Assembly: GCA_963924565.1 (NCBI GenBank)
Contig: OZ004612.1
Span: 14,694,001-14,758,000 of the forward strand
DNA length: 64,000 nucleotides
Reading direction: 5' to 3'
From: Ascidiella aspersa
Taxonomy: Eukaryota
Part shown: positions 1 through 11,604 of the stretch, in pieces
Layout: each line of letters begins with the position of its first letter
Numbering within the stretch: position 1 is the stretch's first letter
Position numbers and translations under genes: made by a program
Notes under the pieces: model-generated
Told to the model about the DNA's origin: nothing
Databases searched by the model: none
The model's input: only the letters and a program-made list of their open reading frames with translations

Positions 1-1594
1 TTCAGTTATCAATTTGGCTAATTATTTGAACTTAGTATAATGACAACATTTGGAATCGGATCGGATCACGAAAATTTTGGCTTAAATATCGTGTTTCGAT
101 ATAATAATGAAAGATCAAGTATCAGGCAGACCAAGTTTCAAGCATTTTATTAAATGAACTATAGGAAAGCTTAAAAAATAATAAATGCTATTAAAAAAAG
201 TCTATTAATAGTCAAAATAAAGTGGAAAAACGTTCGCGCGAAACAAATGCGATTTTTGGATCTAAATGCCAATAGAAGGAGTCGTGGCGCATTGGGCTTA
301 AATAAGATGAGCACATTTTTCCTTGATTCTCTTTTTTTCTATTTTTACTATGTTTTTACTACTGTTAAATCTGACAATATACGTTGTTATTACGTGCAAA
401 ATGGAAATCCCTTATGTGTGTTTAAGGTCTCGTCTTCTAAATAAAAGTTTTGCTCATTTCAACCAAATAAACGATTAGGTTAGATTTAAGCTGCATTTAG
501 CGCACTTCGCTCGAGAAACCCAATCGTTTTAGGATGTTTTGTTTTATTATGTCACTGTATGAAGGAACTTTGTGAGATCATTTAAAAAAATTGTTTGGCC
601 CCATAAACAAAAATCCCTGGTCCGCCCCTCGTCGTCACAGATTAACGTGCTATTTTTTTGGTCTTGGCATATGGATGGTGATAATTGCATTCAATTAGAT
701 CAAGGGTAGGCAATTATTTTGGTCATAGGATCGCATGTGAAAAAAAAGTGCCTGGTCAAAAGTGATATCGAAAATATACATAATACAAAGTGTAATTTTT
801 CGATCAACATTTGGATCCTTTTTTGTGCCATATGTTCGAAATCCTTTTTTGTGCCATATCGCAATTAAACGGGATTTTAGCTTCATATTTGCGCACGAGT
901 TCGCTTGATAACAACAGGGGTTTCTAAGAACAATTGTTTCATGACATATCTTTGTGACGTCATTCTTATGCCTCCAACTCAAAACAAATATCCTAAATCC
1001 GCCCCTGTTTTCGTAGTGTTTTACGTTGTGGGCCTTCAATAGCTCTGGAAAGAGGAGCCTAATACCTTGGCCGGCGACTAATAAAATGTGCCTACCACTG
1101 GTCTAGCGGAAGCTTGGAAGAAACACAGAATATGGATACTGTAAGTTCGTGAACACTTGGAAAAGTGTATAGTTTCTATACCTTTACTTTCAAAGTTGAT
1201 GGAGAGATATAGTGAATAATACTGTCACAATTATCGAAAGCGTAAACTGCAAACAGGTGTAATTCCATAACCCATGTCATTAACAGTGTAATTGCATATA
1301 TATATATATATATTTTTTAAATAAATATTCGCCCTTCTCCTAAAGTGAATTCTTGGATCCATGAGAAACCAGACAAGCTAAAGAGATTCTGTAATTAAAA
1401 CCTATTTATACCCTGTAAGGGGAGCTATGGTTTAAAACATAAGTATTTACATTTTACAAGATGCGTTTTTTCCAGACGGTTATTCCAAAACTTGACTTCG
1501 TTTTCTATGCCGTTTTATTTATTTCGTATCTAAAGCTTACTCAAGCGTGTCTACACTACGCGGCACACAACAGCTTGATATAACCCTTACCGGT

Positions 1595-1682
1595 GTATTG
1601 GTGACGTCAATTTAGGCGAACACGTTGAATGTGGGTGAGTACACTTGCAAAAACATCGTTCATAGCAATTTCCAGTGAGTCA
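1595..1682 (+). promoter_or_regulatory. Candidate DDOST promoter / short non-coding first exon
   Basis: ATTGG (reverse CCAAT) abutting a perfect CRE TGACGTCA (1602-1609); consensus donors GTGAGT at 1635 and 1675; pyrimidine-rich acceptors at ~3117 and 3127 just upstream of the ATG. Confidence 0.4.
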
Positions 1683-3154
1683 CGCAGCGTTAAATAAGAT
1701 ATGCATTTATTAAAATATCTTGTCATGTTTTATTATTTGTTAGTTGTTGCCCTACAACACGGGTTAGTATAAATTTATTGCTTAACTTGAAAAAATTGTA
1801 AAAAATAACATCTTAATTCTGTTCGAAAATTGTTAAAGGAAAGGTTATGTCTGTTTTACTTTAAAGCAGATTGAAAGATGTTTGGTATTTTGACGCTGGT
1901 CTAGAATCCTTTGGGCTGTGGTCGGCCAGGTGTTGTCATATTTATTATTTGATAATAATCCTTAACCCACCCAAACACTAGCCCCTACCCTAACCCAAAT
2001 AATGTAATGTGTGTTGTGGGAGGATTCTATAAGACCGTTGCCGGTACTTCTTCTTTTGAATCAGGCATTGCATATGCAGCCGTTCCGCATTTGTAACAAC
2101 CTGTTACACTCAAAGACTTTTTTAGCAATTTGTGACTTGTGTGAACAAATAAATTCTGGAAATTTACAACGCCTGATGTATATGTAACTTTTGAATTGCT
2201 ATCAACCGATCTGTAAATTACAACACGGAAACTTTCAAGTTCGCTTCATAGATTTGCTAGTATCGAACTTTAGTTTTTAAAGTACTTTTCTAGGCCAAAA
2301 AGCAATCAGTATTTTGCAGAACCAGAGTAATACACCAATATTTGGCATTTTTCATGCTTACCTGACAAACATCTTGGTCACAATATCTTTTAGGCATAGG
2401 CCCTTAAACTAGATGGAGAAAAATCAAACATATTATGTTTAATTACCCTAAATCGGCGAGTTGGCCTGCAGTTGCCCACTCACCCACAGTTGCAGATCCG
2501 CCTTTTAAGAAATATTTCACTAAAATTGTTCACTCAAACTTTAGTCGAGCAAAACTGCTAAATTTCAGTCGTGCCTACAGTTTAAGTAATTTATTAGGAT
2601 TAACAACTTTGTTTATTGTGCAGAGTAGGTAGTTGACAAGCAAAATTATGCAGCTGTAAATGAATTTTTACAGAAAGCGAACAAGCACAAATTTAATGTT
2701 TTCACGTTTGCTGACTCAAGTTTGTGCCACTATATCAACTTTGTTGCATTTCATTTACAAAACAGTGTACCAAAAAAAAAAATTGCCTGTACAGGCCTAG
2801 CTTTTCTATCTAAAAGCTGCACAAATTTCAATGTTAAATTGTTCAAAGTCTTCAGTATAGCTGTTACTTCAGACAAAGTATTTAACTATATACCATTACA
2901 CAATATTTTCCCAAGCATTTCTTTGAGTGAGATTTCAAATTTATAGTAATCCATTCCCCATATATTTTTAACAAGAGTGAGAAAATCTTTAAAAATATAT
3001 TTACAAAACTTTATCTATTTAGTTTTTTTTCTGAACAGTACAATCAGTTCTTTATATACAAATTTCCTATCTTTTTGTGATTTTTTGGTTACTTAATAGT
3101 CATGCTTTTTATTTTAGGTTTTCACAGTTAAATTTTTAACCTGGACTAGATAAA

Positions 3155-3290
3155 ATGAGGATTTCAATAATCTTATTCTTATGTCTCAACATTTATGTAT
3201 CCTATGCAAAAGGAGGGAAGAAGACTTTAGTGCTTTATGACAACTCCGACATCAAAACAACCCATTCTATTTTTTTCAAGCTATTGTCAG
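3155..3290 (+). CDS. DDOST: DDOST coding exon 1 (signal peptide)
   Basis: [45 protein letters not shown]; donor gttata at 3291. Confidence 0.92.
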
Positions 3291-6200
3291 GTTATATTTG
3301 ATTGCACAACATTAGTTTAAGAACAAAGACTACGTTTGCATATTAAATATAATAAAAATAATTTACTACTCTTAAATTATTAAGTAAATTTAACATCTAT
3401 AGTTTTTGAAATTTAAAACTGTCTTATTAAAAGAGAGGCTCTACTTCTATTTGTAGGTCACTTATCAAAAGTAAAATACTTTTTTTTTACATTTAAAAAA
3501 AAAAGTACTTTACTTATTTTTTTAAATGCTTTGCTTTTCTTTTTAGTTGCAATAATTTTGCCTTTGTATTAAGATCGTGGATATGACTTAACATTTAAGT
3601 CAGCTGATGATCCAAGCCTCGAACTGATCAAATATGGAGTTCATGTCTATGACAACTTGGTAATATTCTCTCCATCTGTTGAAGGTACTTTTATCTTAGT
3701 ACACAAATGCATAATTACTTTATTTATTATATCTTATTTTATACAATTGTAAATTCAAGGATGAAAAAATAAACTAAGGTGCCTGTTTCTTAAAGTGCTG
3801 ACCGGTGGCTGCCCAAGTCTTCTACATATTTCTTGTATACATCTGACATAGCAGGCCATAAATACACCTGACCTTACTGAACTTTTTAAACTCTTGAAAG
3901 GGCCACTTCACTGTGTTAATATTGTTAGGTATAGTAGCGGTTAACTCCCAGTGCACACAACATCATAAACAGTGAATCGTGCAGCTAGAGTAGAATAAAA
4001 AGCTATGTAATTGCCAACTCTTGTCATTGGTTGCACCTCCGTGGACCCCGGTCATGTGCATTAGGTCATCATACTAGACAGTGTATAAATAGTAAATGAA
4101 GCTAATTCTAAAATTTTATATACAAGTGTATTTTATATATCTAAATTAGGCATAAATATTTTTCAGATTTCGGAGGCAGTGTCAAAGTGTCCACCATTAC
4201 TGAATTCATTGATGGTGGTGGCAATCTTCTTGTTGCTGCTGATTCAAGCATTGGGGATCCCATCAGAGAACTTGGCTCAGAATGTGGAATTGAGTTTGAC
4301 GAGGTGCGTTTTTTGGCAACATGTTTAGATAGTTGTAATCTCAAAACAGTAGTTGTCCTCTTCAATATGAAGTTGTTCTAACCAGATGCAACGAGCAATG
4401 GTGTTATTGTTTCCTGACTCGCTACCCTCTTAGCCTGTGTAAGTTGGTTGGTAGAGCGATTGTCACATTATGACTGGAGGTAACGACTAACGAGTTTGAA
4501 CCTCACCGCAGGCTAATCGTTTTTCTAGTCTGCCTTTCTTGTAATTTTACTATTAATCAAATGATTTGGTTAGTCTGCCTAAGCTTCCTGAAAACAGTAG
4601 TTTAATACGATTGGTAATGTACTTTATCGGCCTTTACCATTTGTGAATTGTGACCAAAATTTTGCATATACTGCTTACTTTTTTTTGGTTAATATTTATC
4701 ATAAACTTAATGGCATGCAATATCTTGGATTTTTGAATTGACATACCCAGAACATAAATATGTCCCTCGTTAGTTTTATCAACGGCTATATAAAAACAGA
4801 GAAAAGGTAACACCAATCTGTTAATCTTTAGCATGAAACATTGCTGTTTTCAAACCATTGTTTTATCAAATCATGTGCAGTGTAATGTAAAAAAAATAAA
4901 GTAAAATTCAATGTGTGTCACTCGAATAACGCTGTTTTCCACTCTGTAGGAAAAGACTGCTGTAATTGACCACCACAACTTTGACGTTAGCGATCGTGGC
5001 TCCCACACAAAACTTGTTATTGAACCGGCAAACCTTCTGAAATCCGACAACATTGTTGGTCAGCCGAAATCACCAGTCCTTTTCAAGGGTGTAGGGTTAG
5101 TTCATAAATGATATCTTTTTCGCTTCTCCTTAGTGTAACAATATTGAAAAAGGGGGCTTTTGTAATTATATTTGTCATTGAACGTTTCGGCAATCCATGT
5201 AAGTAGCCTTTTTTGGGGTAAATGATACCAAACTATGTCTTATATTTGTACTTTGGACACCAATTGGATATTCAACTGATTTTTTAGCTTGACTACAGCG
5301 TTTAATTATGTTTAATTGGGAGGTTGGTTTGCAATAGAAAAATCCGGCAATGTCTGCCAAAAATTACAAATGTTAAAATAATAAAAGGTCGAATCCTTTG
5401 TGCAGAATGGTCCTTGAGCAAGAAAATCCTCTTGTACTCCCCTTAATGAAAGGCTCACCAACTTGCTACTCTTATTTTCCTGATGACAAAGTTGAACAAT
5501 ATCCACTTGGTGTTGGTAGCAGTACAGTGCTTGTTGCAGGACTGCAGGTGAGAATACAACAATAGCTTTGTGTTACTTCTTAATTTACAGATATAGACTT
5601 GGTAATTCGGGACAAAATGGCAAGGGGGCAGAATTTAGTATGCTCTCTGACATTAAACTTTTTCACAAATTTGCAAAATCAACAGCAACAATAATTATTA
5701 TCAATTGTAATCAATAAAACATGTAGAATAAGATTAAACGGAAAGTAAATCACTGCTGTCTGGGATGCAATAGTTGGTTGTCAGGGGTTTTCCAATCATA
5801 TTAACGTTTCAGTTTTACTCTTTAACTAATTGAACAGTATTGTTGATTTAAATCTGGTGAACACGGTGGTACATTTGCCAGTTTGTTTTAATTTTCGCTT
5901 GATGATAAAATAGATACTCCCCTAATCATCAATTTTTTGTGTTAAAATGAAGTTGCCTGCATTACCAAGGTCTGGCTGTATATCTGTATATTGCTTAAAG
6001 TTGTTACCCAATTCCCTCTGATGTGGCAAGTTTTCTTAAAAATAGTATATTTTCTTATAATACTGTTTAATCTGTAGTTGTTTTGTAGGCACGGAACAAT
6101 GCTCGGATTATTTTCAGTGGCTCAGTACAACTTTTTAGTGACGAATACCTTACCTCTGGAGTAAAGAAAAGCGGTGCTGGATCAAAGGCGTAAGAGCTTA

Positions 6201-7792
6201 AGTTCGACATATTAAACATTGAAACATGTTTTTTGCATTTTCTAAAATTACTAACTGTTCATTGAAGGAGTAAACATTGTATTGACTAGTGCAATTTCTT
6301 CACACCTTTTTTACATTAAAACAGGTTCCCCAAATCTGGCAACCAGGAATTTGTCACAGCTATTACAAAGTGGGCTTTCCAAGAGGTCGGTGTACTTAGG
6401 GTGGGCAAGGTAGTCCATCATAAAGTGGGAGAGACTTCACCACCAGAGGCATATACCATCACTGATAAAGTGGTGAGTGTACTATTTTGCTGAAATAAAA
6501 TAAATATGGTATTTTTTAATGAGTATTTCCTTTGCATGTTACTTGCCCCATGGCTAATTTACCCTAGTCTGTGTTTTAAGTTTTGTTTATTTTTACTCGC
6601 AGTATAAATGAAACACTCTTGTTATAGACACAAAAATACTTTAAATTTATTCATTTTCGTGTAATGCTCATTCAATGTATTCAAACCCTATTTTTTGTCA
6701 AGCTGTGACTGCTAATCAGGAAACGTTGCCAAGCACTTTCGCATGCACAAAATTTATTTTCATGCTAGACTGGGCCATCAGTTGTTGGTTTTGTGCAATT
6801 TTGATCTAAGAGCTGTTCATTGCATTGCAGCACTATAGCGCCGTTATCGAAGAGCGACAGGAAAACGGAAAGTGGGCTCCGTACAAGGGGAAAGACGTCC
6901 AAATGGAATTTGTCAGAATCGACCCATTTGTTCGCACCCCGCTCAAGCTTAGCACCAAAACTGGCGCGTTCTACGTTGATTTCACTCTTCCTGATGTCTA
7001 CGGCGTTTTCCAGTTTAAGATTGACTACACTCGCCTCGGATACACCTTTCTCAAGAGCGCCACTCAGGTGAGGCTGCTCGACGTGTAAAATGACCACGAG
7101 ATGGCGCGGCTACGTTGGTGTTTTAACTGTTATATGAGTGGCTGTTTTTGTCAGTTGTCCAAAATTTAAGCAAGAAATAAATTATTTTGTAAAATTGCTA
7201 ATCGTAGTTGTAGAACACATTGACTCCTCTTGGCAGGTTAACATATCCTTTGTTAATTTTTAAGTAATTCTACCCCGTTATGATCTGAGTAACACAAAAT
7301 TCAGATGCAACCACGCCTACAATCATCATAATGACGATACCTACTGCTGCTGCAAGATTTGCTGTTAGTTTGGGGATGCCACCAATACCTAAATTGACGC
7401 CTTTAACTGTCTAACTACGATTTTAACTACTCAACATTACTTTTACTAGACAACCGTTCTATTTAGCCTAGTCTGCAAACTTCATACCTTATGAGTTACA
7501 ATTGATTTGAGAATTTTGTAAAAAAACAATACCAAATGGCTGCAACTTTGAAATTGGAATACATGGGGCATATACCGCAAATGCCCTTTACTATAAAATT
7601 GAGTAAATATTAACCTCGAATTATTTGTGTCGCCAGGTATCGGTGCGTCCCTTGCAGCACACCCAGTACGAGCGCTTTATCACGTCGGCCTACCCCTACT
7701 ACGCCAGCGCGTTCAGCATGATGTTCGGCGTCTTTGTCTTCTCCATTTTCTTCCTCTATCACAAAAGCGGCGGAAAGGCGAAGGCGGAGTAA
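3155..7792 (+). CDS. DDOST: Oligosaccharyltransferase 48 kDa subunit (OST48/WBP1), complete spliced CDS: join(3155-3290,3574-3684,4167-4303,4950-5095,5406-5547,6089-6189,6325-6472,6831-7067,7637-7792), 437 aa
   Basis: Nine exons separated by GT-AG introns total 1314 nt with consistent phases. Signal peptide [18 protein letters not shown]; family motifs [61 protein letters not shown]; C-terminal TM helix and KxKxx ER-retrieval tail (KAKAE-stop). Confidence 0.97.
3574..3684 (+). CDS. DDOST: DDOST coding exon 2
   Basis: (D)[36 protein letters not shown]; aag acceptor, gtactt donor. Confidence 0.95.
4167..4303 (+). CDS. DDOST: DDOST coding exon 3
   Basis: (D)[45 protein letters not shown]. Confidence 0.96.
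4431..4515 (+). pseudogene. tRNA-derived relic (tRNA-Met-like pseudogene or SINE head) in DDOST intron 3
   Basis: Terminal stem TAGCCTGTG...CGCAGGCTA, D-loop/A-box-like GGTTGGTAGAGC, B-box-like GAGTTTGAACCTCAC, CAT in the anticodon-loop position; an insertion and mismatches break the cloverleaf. Confidence 0.55.
4950..5095 (+). CDS. DDOST: DDOST coding exon 4
   Basis: [49 protein letters not shown]. Confidence 0.95.
5406..5547 (+). CDS. DDOST: DDOST coding exon 5
   Basis: [47 protein letters not shown]; donor gtgaga. Confidence 0.95.
6089..6189 (+). CDS. DDOST: DDOST coding exon 6
   Basis: [33 protein letters not shown]; donor gtaaga. Confidence 0.95.
6325..6472 (+). CDS. DDOST: DDOST coding exon 7
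   Basis: [49 protein letters not shown]; donor gtgagt. Confidence 0.95.
6831..7067 (+). CDS. DDOST: DDOST coding exon 8
   Basis: HYSAVIEE...[11 protein letters not shown]...[27 protein letters not shown]. Confidence 0.96.
7637..7792 (+). CDS. DDOST: DDOST last coding exon (TM helix and ER-retrieval tail)
   Basis: [54 protein letters not shown]. Confidence 0.96.
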   Translation, partial: VSVRPLQHTQYERFITSAYPYYASAFSMMFGVFVFSIFFLYHKSGGKAKAE

Positions 7793-8433
7793 ATTGCGTT
7801 CGACCGTGGAGTTTTTTTTTCACCGCGACGAGACTTTTTTCAGCACCGCCGCCTCTGAAATTTAGGAGCCGATCGTTTAAATTTTTAGTATCCCCCGAAA
7901 AATTCAGCCTACTTGTCGTCGATGGTTGTCTGCTTCCACGCTTGACCTCTTTAACTTTCCTCAATTTATTCTAGGGAAAGAAAATAGTGTACCGTTTATT
8001 TCTGGTGAAGTAATTTAACCGGCTTAAAAAGGCCAAACTATTTTTCCTTTCTATTTTTGCCGGAACATTTCAAATCGGAAGTTCAAACAACTAGTTGTTT
8101 GCCTTCCAGTGTCGACGTTTCGTTTTTTTCACGTTTTGAGCAAATTTTGGTGTCTGTTAACGTGCAATCGTGAAACCGAATCGAACAGCGTCATACCAGT
8201 AACTTCTAAAACCGTCTAACCAATTCCGATCTTGTGAACTGACGTTTACGTTGCCGCGTATAAATTTATTTAATTTTTCTACTTTGTCAAAAGAAGCGCA
8301 TTTTAAATATTTTGTTCTAGAAAGTTCTTCATCACGTCAGTAAATTATTCGTTCGGACACGAAAAAAATCTACGCGCAAAGTGGCGTTGTTGCTTGATAT
8401 AAAATGAGCGGTACCGCGACTTTTCGTGTTGGT

Positions 8434-8551
8434 AATAAAATGACGAAGCATTTATTTCTCCTAAAAATGGTGCACTTTTTTGCAAATTAACTGACTTTCT
8501 CGGGAAGCAAACCCCTTTTTGGCGTGTTTCAAACCTGTGAACCCAAATAAA
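8434..8551 (+). terminator. Candidate DDOST polyadenylation signals
   Basis: AATAAA at 8434-8439 and 8546-8551, downstream of the stop codon. Confidence 0.35.
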
Positions 8552-10149
8552 AACACCGGGCTTTATGATATTTATTTACTTGTGAAGATATGTGTTCGAA
8601 CCCTTTTAGGTTTGTTGGCCATGCGCAGTTGTTTAATATAATCTTTAAATGGCTGCTGTTGCAAAATAATCTTACCTATATCACCAGGCTGTCGGAGTCC
8701 CACAAATCGTGTATTTCAGAGCCATGCTAATGTGTGTCAAAATATCGCACTGATATTGACGCCTGCCAACAGAGCAGTAAAAAACGTGCTTTTCGAACAA
8801 AATATAGTAGTGCTTCAAAGCATTTGGGTAAGTGCAGCTTACCATTTGCTCATGGTCAAAAAAGCACGTAAAAATCAGGCCAAATAAATTAAAGCATACA
8901 GTACCCTTTTCTTTTACGGCTAAAGTTGGGGAGGTGTTTTTCGTGATACAAGAGCCATGTTGCAAAACATTGTGTATCGCAAAGCGCGAATTTAGTGCAT
9001 TCATGAGTAAAGTTTGACGAAAATGAATTTTGGAGTCTTCCGCGATTTCGCTAATGTTCGCCTAGAGAAGGTGAAGGCTAATCAAAAAAGTCTAATGCAT
9101 GTTTTGTTTATTTATTTTAAATTGACTAACTGTTTTTTTTAAAGGACCAAAAAATTGTATCAAGGATTTGGTTTTCAAAAGACTTAAAACAGTTGGACGA
9201 AGCAGTTTATGTAGAATTAGCTGGATAGCGTTTTATATTTCCGTTGTTGAGTAAAGTGATGTTTGATAAAGCTGCGTTGCACACAAACCTCCTAGACAAG
9301 CCATTTATAATTGACCAATAAGTTTTAAAAGTGCTTAATACTTGCTCAAATCTGTTGTTTGCAATCATTTTCATTGTTTCAATTCTATTATGTAGTTGTA
9401 AGGCGTTGCTGCATGATAGTCGTGCAATCGTACAGTCATTATGATGATTTTTAGAAGTTAGTGCGGCTAAGATTTAAAAAAAACTTAAATGTTATCCGTT
9501 GTGACTCGTGAAATCAAAACCCGACTATAAATTCCGTTATTTCGAGCAATTTTCGAATCTCTTTTTTTATCTCTTAAGCGAATTATAGCTTATAGGACTA
9601 CTTCACGTTTCCTTGTAATTGGTGTTATTCGAATTTAAAATAAATAAACCCATTTGTTTCGCTCTAGGCGTAATTAGACTGGAGCAAGTCGTCGCGGGCC
9701 AAACCAAAACTAAAAAAGGTCTCGTATTTCATCTGAATTTGTTGTTAAAACGTTCAGTTTTTAAGCATTTATTGAAACCATTCGCAATCACATTTAGACC
9801 TAGGTCATTTTTACCAATTCAAATGGTTCTACTTGCACGAAAATAATAGATAAAGTAAAAAGATTCGCATGCAGTAAGTTTAATACACCCCGACTGGATA
9901 CACTAACTATATCAAGTTATTTAGTGTGGGTTTTTTCTGAATATAGATAAAAATCTTTATCGAATTCACGAAATGAACTACCATGTTATATGTAATTAAG
10001 TTTGCGGTCACCTAAAACAATTTTAAACTAAAAATGTTGTTCTTTTTTATCGCAGTTGTTTTATGCATTTAATTTAAGCTATAGCTAAATCTTACAATGT
10101 AACTGCTATACAATGCACACCTCTTGCAATGTACCTAAATTCTGAACAT

Positions 10150-11604
10150 CAGTAGTTCTTAACACGGAGCGCGGGATTATTTTTGGGGGGCACGGGTAGG
10201 CTTTAACAGTATTTAACTTTTGCATAGTGATTTTAATGGTTCGATGCTATACGCTTGGTGTCATTTCTGTTTTTATGCTATTCTATGCTTTACATAAAAA
10301 ACTAAGATCGCGCAAAATTTTACGAAGTTTCTCTGCAGCTTGACAGCTGCAAATATGATTCCCTTATAATATGATTTACTTAATAAAGGGTGAAAAAACC
10401 CACCTTGATAAGATACAATGTATCAGGCACGAGCAATGCGCATTTTTCGTATGCCAGATGCGTCATGTTTCCTAAATGAAATTTTAGCCAATTTAAATGA
10501 AATAAAACGCATTTTTTATCGCGCTTTGCGCGATTAAGCATCGTTTAGTACACAAGTTCTCAACTGGGGAGGTTTACCCACTAAGGGGAAATTTAGAAGG
10601 TGCAAGGTGGAAATTTCTTTTTATGTGAGGAATCTGTATTTCTAATATGTAAATCGTTTGTCGTCTGTGTTTGTCTTAATGGTATACAAAAGATATTTTA
10701 ACTATCTTGTAAAATATTTTATTAGATTAAGAGCCATCCTTCACGTTTTTTTGTACGTGTCTTTTCGATTGACTATATATTAACCTTATTTTATATAAAA
10801 TACGCTTAAATCAGGGGTGGATCAATGGGAAAAGGCAGTGTGGTGGTCAAAACGGTCCCCTTGAAATACACCTTTTTGATGGTTAACCCAAATTATATAT
10901 TGAGCCTATAGGCTAATCTTTCTTGGGGCAATACGTCACGTAATCTCTTTAATTGGTTGACTGGCAAAACCGATATGCCGGGGAAATGCCACTATAAATA
11001 TATTTTTACTTGTGATTTCCAGAGGTAGTAGGGTTAAAATCTGAAACACCTAGACAAGGATTAGTATATCATATGCAATATTTTAGGGTTTCGTCGACAC
11101 CTTTCCAATCTTTCAACATATGTTTCAAAACAGATATAACAGAGCATTGTTTCTATTTCAAAAAAGTAAATTAAAACCAATAAAAAAGGTTAAATTTTTT
11201 TGCAAACATCGCAAGTGAATCTGCATACTTATGCAAGTTATGAGCATTGTCACAGAATCTAAATTCTAAACAATGCGCGTATTTTCGCACACAGGGCAAA
11301 ACTTATGTGTAGCCTACAGTTCCTTACTGTTTCGTTATAAGGCGCCGTGTTTGCTTTATGTTCTTTATTGGTACCAATACAATAGCTAAAAGCTTCTAAC
11401 CTTAAAAAGTTTATTCTCTATTTGTATAAACATAATTACAGGAGTTTATTTCCTTAGAGAGGGGTTGCGTTTTGAAAAGCGCTTAGAGGTGCCACGAAAT
11501 AAAACAGGTTGCGAATTCCATGATTCAGTGTTTTCGTGTTGTCTTGCTAATATATTATCGACAAACACTAAAGGGGTGCGCTAGAAAAATATTAAGAACC
11601 AGCG
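10150..11604. mobile_element. Nested, decayed hAT-like MITE remnants
   Basis: Left-end-like motifs at 10150 (CAGTAGTTCTTAAC) and ~10551 (GTTCTCAACTGGGG); right-end-like motifs at ~11500-11522 and ~11570-11604; TSDs not recognisable. Confidence 0.4.

Noticed and set aside
1961-1998. Telomeric repeat array
   Set aside because: Only one or two degenerate CCCTAA units.
7839-7847. REST/RE1 site (TTCAGCACC)
   Set aside because: Only the left half-site is present; no GGACAG right half.
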